From Lingula anatina (Eukaryota > Animalia > Brachiopoda), in the NCBI GenBank assembly GCA_051362555.1, contig CM120648.1, positions 18,782,587-18,846,586 on the forward strand: a stretch of DNA of 64,000 bases, given 5' to 3'. Under the pieces are notes generated by a model, which had not been told where the DNA came from, made no database searches, and worked only from the letters and a program-made list of their open reading frames with translations. Shown here piece after piece: positions 12,946 to 26,500 of the stretch (within the stretch, counting starts at the first letter, position 1; the number at the start of each line of letters is the position of its first letter). The position numbers were made by a program, and so were the translations under genes.

Positions 12946-15900
12946 GTGAGTAACATGTATTAACTGTGGATAGATATGTTTATCATGTAAAATATTTGAA
13001 AGTTAATTAGTCTTACAATGTTTTTATCCATAAATATGTTTGCCTTTATTTCAATAAAAAACTTTTTAAGCATATTTAAATTCAGTGAGCACACAGCTGT
13101 GCTTCAGTAAAAATGTATGTAGAGTGGAGACATTTTCTATAGTTAATACTTTACTGTTACTGACCAATTTCTATGAACCCATTATAGTGATTAGGATTTT
13201 GAATAAGGATGAAGAACTGTTTTTAATGGAATTTATAGTATGCTTTATTTGTATTTTTATTAAGTCACAAGAAAAACATCTTACATTGTTTAATCCCTGA
13301 ACTTCTTGTCCATATGTCAGTAAAGAACAACTCAAATCTCACAACAGAACAGTCCAATTCTTCATATTCTTCATCTTGTAGCTGTTCATGAAAGCTTAGA
13401 TATACCTAAATTCTCAAATGTATTTTGTCAAATTTCTTGATGTCTTACCACTTCTAGATTCAAAGACATTTCATCACCAGTTTGTTGTTAACACACACAA
13501 ATAAATTAAATGTTGAAGTACTTTGGATGATACCTTATTTTCCTGACTTTGTGGATTGTTGTTTGCAAATAAAACTAGCAGACGACCATTTTTCATGAAA
13601 TGGAACTACTTTTCACAGGAAGTAGTGTATTCATACACAACAGTGACCTTGAGTTTGAAATACAAAAAAATAGTACATGCATTCATACTGTCACAGCATG
13701 CAAATTATAATGAAATATACAAAACTAAACACATTTTTATGTAACACAAAAAGTTAAATGCATTTTTATTTATTTATTTATTTATTATTATTATTATTAT
13801 ACTGGATAAAAACCTTGATGAAATGATTTTGATCACCTTTTTGGAAATTTTAAACTGCATGCTGATGGACCCACTTATTTATGTCATACACACTAAACAT
13901 AGATGAGAAATAATATATCACCATGAACATAAAGTAACTTGTATATAAATATATATATTTATATATATCATGCCTAATATGTATGCACTACAGGTTTAAT
14001 TCCAAATGTTATTCTTTTAAAAAAACCATATAAATAAAAACAATTTCTTAGAATGCTTGAAAGTGAAAATTTCTGAGTATGATTTATTTTAAACAGAACA
14101 ACTTTATGGCTGTTGACACTTCTGGAAAGTCCAATTATATAGGCAAAATAAACCATAAAGCATCCTGCTATTGGAATTAATAACAAATCATAAATAAACA
14201 TCAATGCTGCCATATCATACATAATACAAGAAAAATGTACGTCTACAGTGTTTTATTTACAATTTGGAACTAGAGAGTCAGATCACTCACTGACACTACA
14301 GAATACGAGTAATTTTTTACTTTCAGAAGTCAAATTTTTCCCACCTTTTTTGAAAGGGAATTTTAACTAGTAATGATGTGTACAACCATATATTATGTAA
14401 ATAAATTGTATATGAGTTGGTGTTGTTTATTAGTACCACCAGCGTATACGAGTAATTTTTTACTTTCAGAAGTCAAATTTTTCCCGCCTTTTTTGAAAGG
14501 GTAATTTTAACTAGTAATGATGTGTACAACCATATATTATGTAAATACATTGTATATGAATTGGTGTTGTTTATTAGTACCACCAGCGTATACGCTGGCG
14601 GTACTCATGGTTTTAGTCCCGACCTGTCTCGTACGGCTCCTGCGGCTCCGCCGGCTCTTGCGGCTCCGCAGTCGGGCGCAGTCGGAAACGAGTCACCGAA
14701 AAAAAAACATAACAGTTAAAATGGTCCAATCAAGGAGATGTTCAAATTGACCTAATTGACCTGTGTTTTCCTATCACTGATCACTCCTTTGATTTTCTAG
14801 ACAATAGGCCTATTGGTTTTCCTTGAAATGCATTATAAGTATTGCATATTTTTATGACTTTCCAGCAGCATTTTTATGTTGCTGGAGTACTCCTGCTACA
14901 CTCCGGGAGTACTTAGGCAACATTTTACGTTCTGTAAATGCATGCATTTCTAAGTTTTATAGTAAGCACACAGCTAGGTGTTAGTAAAAATGTATGTAGA
15001 GTGGAGAAACTTTTTACTGTTAGTGACCAATTTCCATTGAACCCATAAGAATTATTAGTGAGAATGAGGCACCTGCCCATCAGGCAAGTACAATATGTCT
15101 GTAAATCTACTTGCCCTGCTCCAAATGTACTTGGTCTGCTCCAAATTAAAAAAAAATGGGTGTTGATAAAATGTATTCTGAACAGTCTATAGGCAGATTC
15201 AGTACAATGGCATATGTATTTGTAGGTTGATAAGTTATTAACTAAAGAAAAAAAAAAACTTCATGTAATAATCATAATAGTGATACATAATACATGTATG
15301 ATGATACATTTCATCACATTATGATGCAACCACCATCAAATGGAAACAAAAATAAACTTGTTATTAAACCAACTCAGCAAATGTTTGGGCCAAGCAGATA
15401 TTTAGCATTGTACAATATACATGTATGCTGATTGCCATTTCAAGTCTAAATTAAACAAACATCATTGTCGCCTACAAAACTGATACAACTGCACCAAATA
15501 TCTCTTGCTATACGAAATACTTGTTGAAATGATGTTTTCAATAGAACTTATTTTTTATTTTATTTTTTTTTTATTTAATCATGAGAAAAACATTCTAAAA
15601 TGTTGATTCCCATTTCTTAGTATTATCATTATGCTTCACATATATATATCAAGGCTGTTGCAATGTTTTTTTTAACTAGTAAACAAAATCTCTGACATTG
15701 CTACAGCACATCATCTACTAGCTACAATTTTTACATCTGATGGTTTTTAGAAGTTACTGTCCCTGTGATTCATCAGCTAATATTGTTTTTATCTCAAGGT
15801 CAAACAGGCCAAAATCTCCTAAAAATGGGGGTTTAAAAAATATATATATATGTTTGTGCCAATTTTTAGAAACTACACTGACCTAAGTGGGGGGATTACA

Positions 15901-18095
15901 TTTTGGGACTTCATCTTCGGGAGTTTGGGGTCAATCGGTGCATTTTCACAGGAGAGGCAGCCATTAGATGCCAAAGCTGAAAACTCTCCATAAAACTGGA
16001 CCTGGAATAAGAAGTCACATACTGGCAGCCAAACTGTGACCTTGAAATTTACCTTTGACCTACTTTTCATCATAAACTAAGTCTTGCAAATTTTTTGCCT
16101 CTTAAAAAAAAACCAAAACATTTCCACCAATTTAGAGTAGGTACGAGGGAGTTTTTGTGCAGGGACGGAGCGATAAGGGGTAGTATCAGTGCAGGAAAAT
16201 ATAAGTACAGGAAGTATTGGTGTGGGAAATTTAAACTGTGACGTACCTTATACACATGTAGGTACTGGGAATTGTCGGCACGGGGGTTGTATAGGTACGG
16301 AGGAGTATTTGTGTGGGGAGTATCGATCAAGGGACGTACACGGAAAGGTACTGAGAGAATTGGTGCTGGGGCGTTTAAGGTACGCTGCAGTTTAGTAGCA
16401 GTAGCGAGAGTGTACCATTATTATGTTAAAAATTTGTCGTTGTGACAGGAAAGGTAGTTTTAATGGGTGGATTCAAATATGGTCGTAGGCACGATCTGTA
16501 CATATTTTTGTAACATACATTGAGCACTCCAATAACCTTTTCCCAGCCTATTTTGTCTTGATATTATCCTCCTCTGTGCTGCTCCTTCATTGTACCACCA
16601 GCCTAGGCGCTGGTGGTACACATGGTTTTAGTCCCGACCCGTATGTTCCACCGGCTCCGCCGGCTCCTGCGGCTCCTGCGGCTCCGCCGCCAAGTCACCG
16701 TTACCGCTTCTCCTCCTAGACTGTAAGGGCCTCCATACCCATCTCTTGGATTTAGGTCACCTATAATCTCAACTCGTTCCACGTAAAATTTGGGCTTTGT
16801 CGGTATTGGGGTCTAGGTGTGGCACTCATTGCAATGGACCCTTGTCCAAAAATGGCAAAATTAAATGCTAATTATCTCCCCTACGGAAGGAATTATGGAA
16901 AAAATTTCTACATACAGCTTTCCAAAAGTCATATGTGTAGATTTCAAATATGCCCTTGGATTTGACCTTTGACCCTTATTTCAAGGTCAAACGGGCCGAA
17001 ATTTTCAAAAAAACAAAATTTTTGCGCTCTTATTCAGACACCACACAGACTTAACTAATAATATTAATGGAAAGTGTTACTCTTTGGGTCATCTTTCATC
17101 TCTGTGAATTTGGGGTCAATCGGTGCATTTTCAAGGGAGTAGCGGCCATAATGTATCAAAACTGAAAACTGTCTCTAATTCGGGAACCGTTAATGCTAGA
17201 CACCCATTCTTTTTTTGCATTTTGTAGAGCATGTAAAGCCCAACACTGAATGTGGTCTCCGTTTTTTTTGTATTCCGTACGGTTTTCGAGTTAAGCTTTA
17301 TCAAAAAGTACATATTGGTGGTGAAAGCAAAATGTGCAGTATGGTAATGGATAATGAATTTTGAACTCCCGAAAAATAAAACATAAGGCTTGGCAAAGGA
17401 AGTCATATACTGGCAATCTAAATGTGAACTTAAAATTGACCTTTGACCTACTTTTCACCATGAACTGAACTTTGCAAATTTTGCTTCCCTTTTATCTCCA
17501 AAACTGGCAGAGATAGGTCCATAGTTACTATTGAACTTGAATAGGAAGTCATATACTGGCAATTTACTGTGACCTTAAAATTGACCTTTGACCGTCTTTT
17601 TACTATGAACTAAACTTTGCAAATTTTCTTTCTCCTTTATGTACAAAACTGACAGAGGTAGGTCCATAGTTACTATTGAACTTGAATAGGAAGTAATACA
17701 CTAGCAATCTGTGACCTTGAAATTGACCTTTGACCTACTTTTTATGATGAACTGCTTTTTGCATGTTTTCGGGCCTTTAAATCTGCAAAATTGGCAAAGA
17801 AATGCCCATGGTTGCTATTGAACTTGAATAGAAATTCATATTCTATGATATTGAAATTGACCTTTGACCTACTTTTTCACCATGAACTAAGCTTTGCATA
17901 TTTTCTTGCCTCTCATATCTTTCAAACTAGAAGAGATGTGCCCCTTGTTGCCCCTAGGTTTTCTCTTTTGTCAGCATATATGCACCATTGACAACACTTT
18001 TCAAGGAAAACCAATAGGCCTTTTTTCTAGAGAATACAGGAGTGATCAAGGGTAGGAAAATGCAAGTCAATTCGAAAATCTGCTTGATTGTATCA

Positions 18096-18133
<38 letters not shown>

Positions 18134-21100
18134 ATATTTTGAGAACTCTTATTGATTGCATCTTATAGAGCTTGTCAAGCACAAGACTGGTGATGGTGTC
18201 CCTTTTTGGAATGTGCTTCCTCCAGCTGGTGGTACAATATCCGGAGGCAGTATCGCCTCTCTGATCCTCTAGTTTACTGTTTAAATTCACTTCCTTTCTT
18301 GATTGACACTCCTTCCATCATCTTATCATCATCATTTAGACATAGCTGTTCAGTCTTGCTACTACTCACCTCCATCCTGTTACTCTCAAGCACATATGCA
18401 GGCATCCACCTCTCTAGATTTTCTCTCGCTTCCTCTCTGCTATCGCTTCACAAAAAATATAACGTCTGCAAACATCATCGTTCACCTTAGGCTTATCCAT
18501 GAGTCCTTTTGTCAATCTGAAGCATAACATTTGTATTACCAGGTGAGTTTAATGAACGGCTTCGCAGTTTGTGTGAAAGTGGTAAGATTCCAGTATACCG
18601 ACAGCGAGTAGCTATTGTTGGACCTTACGGTGTGGGAAAGACTCATCTCGCCAAGCGCCTCATCCATGAGGAATATATCAAAGAAGAAGATGCAAATACA
18701 ACTGGCGTGAATATATACCGCCATAGGTGTGTTGTCCATAAAGCTGGCCGATCCTGTTGGATCAGAGGAAAAGGTAAGCAGAATATAGGAAAACGTTTGA
18801 CACATATGGAATATGTTTATAAAGAATACAAAGAACAGAAGATAAGACATTTTCAATTTTACCGCATAATCCACAATAAGGAATTATACATACATGTACG
18901 TGTGGGTGTCGAAATGTGTCCTTCCCTATCTTAGTATGGTAGACGAGGGGCTGAGTGAAAAAGTACCTAAATAAGTGGTGCCTTTGTATTGTTATCAATC
19001 AGTTGACATACATGACACTTTACAATCTACTCCTACGTCCATTAATTATTTTTTAACTGGGTACAAACACGATAATTTCATTCTTTGTAAAAACACCATG
19101 CTTTATTTGACTCAATATTGAATTGAATTTTTCAGCGGTGTAGCCTGATACGTACACTCAGAAAGGGTACATTTAGATACAATGCTTGATCTACCTGTAT
19201 GATCCTTCCAACTATTTTCAGATGATCCAAAAGACCAGTTTGCACAAAACATGGCAATTGGAGTACAGAATTTAGATACGTTTTGCGAGCCGGACTTAAC
19301 AGTATTGGACCAAATGCCACTACAGGAATCCCTACCACATTCGGAAGAGAATATTAATAATATGCTGACAAATAGAGGTATTGTACATGATTGTCTCGAA
19401 TAGTTCATAGTTGGTGCAATTTAAACAGATATTTGTAGTTATTCTTCTTTTTTGCCAAGAGATTCCACCTTCTGTGTGTTTTTCGTTGGCCATTCTTCCT
19501 TGAAGACTGCATCCCAAATTTTATTTTATATGTTTAAATTTTGTAAAGAAATTCCTTTCTGAATTCTTTTATCCTAGCCATGTTTTTGTTTACTTCAAGG
19601 TTGAGTCATTTTCTGCTAGAATGGTGTTTGATATTATTCTTCTCTTTATTCTACAGCCGCTCCCCCTGATGACAGTGAATCACCTGCCTCTCCTGACAGA
19701 GCAGCAGGTAAGTAGTTCACATGTAGTAAAACAAGATTCTTGTGTATTGCTCAGAATGTTCGGGAGTTTTTCTTAGCTTGCCAATTAGGTATGTCAGGGT
19801 CTACATTCTTATTTTCATCAAACTGGGACTTAGAACTGAAACGGACATGAAGCCCAGTGGTAATCAAATTTTCTTAATGTCCATGTTTTTACTAGAAGAT
19901 GATTAAAATTTTGTGGTATTTTTACAGTTGACCATTATTGCATCAAAAACCTACTTTGTGCACTATCACCATAACGTTATAAAATGAAAACTGTTACCTA
20001 TTTTTTTATTTACAAAAAATGGTTCTTAGGATTGACAAACAGCTTAAATTAGAAAACCAGCTCTTTTGAATTATTGTTTTTATCAAATTATGCATTTTTT
20101 GTGAAATTTTTATTTATCTCATTCTGGTGTGAGCTTGAACTCTCATGGGCCTGAAGCCTTATGCTTACATCGTTATATACTGTTGTGCATAATTAAATTT
20201 TGGGGTTGACTGTGCAGTTAAGCATTGTATTACATTAGAACTGACAGCCTCCTATTTTGTGCATTATTATTTTCTGCTTTTTTAAAATTGTGACTTAGAT
20301 ATTTCATGGGCCTGAATACTGTTGCTAGTCACATTTGGGTGACAAGCCTCTAATCTTCCATTGGGTAACTACTAGCTAAATTCAGAGCTATAAGTTCACT
20401 TGCCTAAATTAAGTTTCAAGTGGCAATAAAATGAGATCATATAAAACACACATGTTGAGATTCCCTGTAGACTCCCATAGGTTAAGTTCTCTGCCAGATA
20501 ACAGTGTCCATAATAGGGAAGCAGTGATAATTATGCAGATAAATGTTGTTTAATTTTGCAAATTAGTTTTCAAAAAATTATTTTGTATAATGCCAACATT
20601 AATGCTAGTTTTAAAAGCAGCTTTACTGAAATGTTTTGTTTTTAATTTCTTTCAAACACTGAGGGTTTCAACTCAATTTTTAACTCCCCTCCACCTGAAG
20701 CTCTGCACATTTTCTGTTTTCCCACAAAAGCAGTTGTATTGGTATTTATGTATTTCAGCATTATGTAACATTATATTATTCTATGCACTGCTTTCATATG
20801 TCAAATATTGTGATTTTCATTACTAGTATGTGAATTTGAACTTTCGTGGTCCTGAAACTGTAATCTTATCATAGGGGCAGATTGGGATCGTCCTCAAGGT
20901 TTTCAGGAAGACGGTCAGATTTTAAAGTTAACATTGACGGGTATCTATTTTTTTTGTTGGAAGACCATCTAAAATGGAGGGTGGATTAACAAAGATATTT
21001 TAAAATACTGTCAGAAAATACATTTGGATCCGCTCCTGTTATTGACCATGTTACCTGTTGTGCATGACTTAAATTCAGTGTCGATTGACCGTGCTATTAC

Positions 21101-23462
21101 AAGTATTATTTATTATTGCATCAAAATGAGAAAATAACCTATTTTTTGCATCTTTATTTATTTATTTATTTATTTATTTATTTTGTCTGTAGACTTGTCC
21201 TTCAAGAAATACATGCCTTCAAGAAATCGACGAAAACTGGAAGTGCATGTTTTTTGCACTGTTTTTCCTGTCATGCCCATCGTAAACACTGTGTTGTCAA
21301 GTAAAAGGAAGCATCTGATACAAAGTATCAAACGCGGCATTGACGTGCTTGCTTGCGATGTGTTCAGTACACTTTGTTTACACTGACAATTCGAGGTCAG
21401 AAATGCACAATGTTTTTCTATGTAATTACGCAGTTTCAATTTTGATTAGTGAATTTTCTTTTATCTGCATGGTCATTTTCCGAACATTTGTATAAGCTAC
21501 GAAATATTTCTCATCGGAAAATCACCCAGCAGCTTTCCAAGTACAAGCGAGTGACGTCATGACGCACTTCCGGTTTTCGTCAAGATCTTGAAGGGATTAG
21601 CGTTATGGTTTGCTGCACATTTAAAGCGTTCTGTCTCTAAATGTACTTGACTGCTTGGATTGAAATTTACAGAACTTATTCCTCACATGATATCACACAT
21701 ATGTGCTTAATTTGAGAGCTTTAGCTGTTATATATTTTCTACAGTGCCCATTCAAAATTGAAAAAGAGCTATTTTCCGTCAATTTTTCTTGAAGGGCAGG
21801 TCTACATTTGACAGATTTGCTGTCTTGTTTTATCTGGGTACAAACACGACAATTTAATTTTCTGTAAAATAAGTCTTCTTTATATGACTGAGGATTATTT
21901 TTCTTTTTGCCAAGGGATTCCACCTTCTATGTGTTTTTTGTTGGCCATTATACCTTATGTGCCTTGAAGACTGGGCACTTGATACCAATTATACTTGATC
22001 TTATTAGACGCATTTTCGATGTAATTTATTTATTTTTATACAATATTTATAGACCAATATCCCAAAGTTATATGTTAAAATTTTGTAAAGAAATTCCTTT
22101 ATCTTAGCCACATTTTTGTTTACTTTAAGATTGAGTCATTTTCTGCTAGAATGGTGTTTGATATTCTTCTTCTCTTTATTCTACAGCCGCTCCACCTGCC
22201 TCTCCTGACAGAGCAGCAGGTAAGTAGTGCACATGTAGTAAAACAAGATTCCGTCTTTTGCTCATAATCTGCGAGAGTTGTTCTTAGCTTGTCGATTAAG
22301 TATGTGAGTTCCTGCATTCTTATTTTCATCAAACTGTATTAATAATGTTATATTAAAATTGACTATACCTTACAATTTTAATTGATTTTAATGAATGTTA
22401 AAACATTCAGTATTTATCACCCAGTTATGTTTTGAGCTTACTCACTTGTATTCAACAGAGAGGATACATTTTTAAGAAAAAAATGTTTTTTTTTTGGAAA
22501 TTGCCGATAAACCTTCAGAAACAGATGAAAGCTTCTAATTTATTTGATAACTGTTTCACAAAGTTAATTGACACTAAATACATTCAAATTTTGTCAATGA
22601 TTACAATACTTTTTTATGCTAAAAAGTTTTATTTTAACCGCACTGTTTATTGTACAGTCCTTTCCAAAGGTGAAAGTGGATCTCATACCTCTGGGGAAGA
22701 AAACATGAGTAGTATAAGAATGTTGACGATATGTCGATGTATGAACAGTCCCTGACAAATGAAATAAATTAGATTGAAAGCATGTCTATAAAGATTAAGG
22801 TCTAGTCTCTCTCTCTCTCTCTCTCTCTCAAACCCCCCCCCTTGAAGAAGGCACATCAGTTGAAAACTCAATTGGGCGCTTGATACCAAATATACTTATT
22901 ACGTGCATTTTCAGTCTAATTTATTTATTTTTATACAATATTTATACAATATACTGCGGGATTAATACGATGATTTAGATGAATATGCATGCATTGTAAT
23001 ACATAACAATATGCATTATGCTAAAATCAGTTAGTTTGGACATAGCTTATTGTATTCCTTGCAGTGGCAGAAAGGGACCATCTAGATGATATTGACAAGG
23101 AGCTATTGGAAAAAATTGAGAAAATTGCTCGAGGAGAACATGTGGAGCCAGAGAAACAGGTCACAATTTGGGATTTTGCAGGACAGGATGTCTACTACAC
23201 CACGCACCAAACATTCCTCTCAGAGCGGATCATCTACTTGTTGGTATTCCGACTTGACCAGGACCTCGATGATAAAATCCGTGTATACAGGGGAGAGAAG
23301 ACGCTGAAAGGTATTGTTGAGCTTTATGTATATATCTTTTTAGTATTAGTTTTTAGTAGTGATAATTTTAAATGGTTCCGATGAGTGTTTTAGATTTTAA
23401 TATTGTAGTAATTTTAAGGATTTTAGTTATATTATCCATTGTAAGCCGCCCAATAAGAAACA

Positions 23463-23513
<51 letters not shown>

Positions 23514-26500
23514 TAATTGGTGCTATTTTTTAGCAATGCTGAGGAGAAAACACTGATTAATATTCATCTTTGCAATAACCTCAAGGCTTTATATGTATTT
23601 TTCAGAGTTTATTATGTTTTGGTTAAACTCAATCCATATGCACACTATTGGAAAATTGAGGGAAGAAGACAAAAATGCCATGCCATACGTCTTGATTATT
23701 GGAACTCATAAGGACATGTTATGCCCACAGGTGAAAACACTTTTCTTATCACAATTATTCAATTACTACCATACTTATTCTATGTATAATTTCTATCCCT
23801 TCAACCATATCACATTGTGATTCCTGATGAGTGATTTAATTATTGTACCACCAGCGTTAGCGCTGGCGGTACACATGGTTTTGGTCCCGTCCAGATCGTT
23901 CTGCCGGCTCCGCCGGACGGCTACCGTTACCGCTTCTCCTCCTAGACCGTAAGGGCCCCCGTACCCATCTCTTGGATTTAGGTCACCTATAATCTCAACT
24001 CGTTCCACGTAAAATTTGGGCTTTGTCGGTATTGGGGTCTGGGTGTGGCACTCATTGCAATGCACGCTTGTCCAAAAATGGCAAAATTAAATGCTAATTA
24101 TCTACCCTACGGAAGGGGTTATGGGAAAAATTTCTACAGACGGCTTTCCAAAAGTCATATGTGTAGATTTCAAATATGCCCTTGGATTTGACCTTTGACC
24201 TTTATTTCAAGGTCAAACGGGCCAAAATTTTCAAAAAAATAAAAATTTTTACGAAAAAAATTTTTTTTGCTCTGTTATTCAGACACCACACAGACTTAAC
24301 CAATTATATTATTGGAAAGTGTTACCCTTCAGGTCATCTTTCATCTCCGTGAATTTGGGATCAATCGGTGCATTTTCACGGGAGTAGCGGCCATAAGATG
24401 CCGAAACTGAAAACTGTCTCTAATTCGGGAACCGTTAATGCTAGAGACCCATTCTTTTTTGCATTTTGTAGATCATGTAAAGCCCAACACTGAAAGTGGT
24501 CTCCGTTTTTTTTTTATTCCAAACGGTTTTCCAGTTACGGTATCAAAAAGTACATATTAGTGGTGAAAGCAAAATGTGCAGTAGGGTATAGTCAGGTGGC
24601 TAAGTCCAAATTTTATCCAGAATTGTGAGAAAGATGATAAAAGCATGAAACTTTCCACGATGAATGACCATTGGGTGTTCATCTTTTTTGGATCGGGGGG
24701 GTTGACAAACACATAATGGTCATTCATCGTGGAAAAAATTTCATGCTTTTATCATCTTTTGCACAATTCTGGATAAAATTTGGACTTAGCCGCCTGACTA
24801 CTTTTCACCATGAACTAAACTTTGCATATTTTGCTTCCCTTTTATCTCCAAAACTGGCAGAGATAGGTCCATAGTTACTATTGAAGTTGAATGGGAAGTC
24901 ATATACTGGCAGTCTAAATGTGACCTTGAAATTGACCTTTGACCTACTTTTCACCATGAACTAACCTTTGCAAATTTTGCTTCCCTTTTATCTCCAAAAC
25001 TGGCAGAGATAGGTCCATAGTTACTATTGAACTTGAATAGGAAGTCATATACTGGCAATCCAAATGTGACCTTGAAATTGACCTTTGACCTACTTTTCAC
25101 CATGAACTGAACTTTGCAAATTTTGCTGCCCTTTTATCTCCAAATCTGGCAGAGATAGGTCCATAGTTACTATTGAACTTGAATAGGAAGTAAAACACTG
25201 GCAATCAAAATGTGACCTTGAAATTGACCTTTGACCTACTTTTCACCATGAACTGAACTTTGCAAATTTTGCTGCCCTTTTATCTCCAAAACTGGCAGAG
25301 ATAGGTCCATAGTTACTATTGAACTTGAATAGGAAGTCATATACTGGCAATCCAAATGTGACCTTGAAATTGACCTTTGACCTACTTTTCACCATGAACT
25401 GAACTTTGCAAATTTTGCTGCCCTTTTATCTCCAAATCTGGCAGAGATAAGTCCATAGTTACTATTGAACTTGAATAGGAAGTCATACACTGGCAATCTA
25501 AATGTGACCTTGAAATTGACCTTTGACCTACTTTTCACCATGAACTGAACTTTGCAAATTTTGCTGCCCTTTTATCTCCAAATCTGGCAGAGATAGGTCC
25601 ATAGTTACTATTGAACTTGAATAGGAAGTCATACACAGGCAATCCAAATGTGACCTTGAAATTGACCTTTGACCTACTTTTCACCATGAACTGAACTTTG
25701 CAAATTTTGCTGCCCTTTTATCTCCAAATCTGGCAGAGATAGGTCCATAGTTACTATTGAACTTGAATAGGAAGTCATACACTGGCAATCTAAATGTGAC
25801 CTTGAAATTGACCTTTGACCTACTTTTCACCATGAACTGAAATTTGCAAATCTTGCTGCCCTTTTATCTCCAAAACTGGCAGAGATAGGTCCATAGTTAC
25901 TATTGAACTTGAATAGGAAGTCATACACTGGCAATCTAAATGTGACCTTGAAATTGACCTTTGACCTACTTTCCACCATGAACTGAACTTTGCAAATTTT
26001 GCTTCCCTTTTATCTCCAAAACTGGCAGAGATAGGTCCATAGTTACTATTGAACTTGAATAGGAAGTCATATACTGGCAGTCCAAATGTGACCTTGAAAT
26101 TGACCTTTGACCTACTTTTCACCATGAACTGAACTTTGCAAATTTTGCTGCCCTTTTATCTCCAAATCTGGCAGAGATAAGTCCATAGTTACTATTGAAC
26201 TTGAATAGGAAGTCATACACTGGCAATCTAAATGTGACCTTGAAATTGACCTTTGACCTACTTTTCACCATGAACTGAACTTTGCAAATTTTGCTGCCCT
26301 TTTAACTCCTAACCTGGCAGAGATAGGTCCATAGTTACCATTGAACTTGAATAGGAAGTCATATACTGGCAATCTTACTGTGAAATTGACCTTTGACCTA
26401 CCTTTTGATGAATTTAACTTTGATTGTACCATTTTAAGTTATATATATTTTTTTTGCATATTTTGAAAATTCTTGTTGATTGCGTTTTTACAGCTTGTCA

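Noticed and set aside
11921-12956. Antisense ORFs (128 aa, 100 aa) over the NHL exon
   Set aside because: Shadow frames of the real + strand exon; no recognisable motifs.
19136-19200. Alternative acceptor at 19135 for ROC exon 3
   Set aside because: Gives an immediate in-frame TAG in the required phase; 19221 is open.
24801-26400. CRISPR array or coding repeat (ORF 25820-26125)
   Set aside because: Pure tandem satellite inside a transposon; the ORF is incidental.
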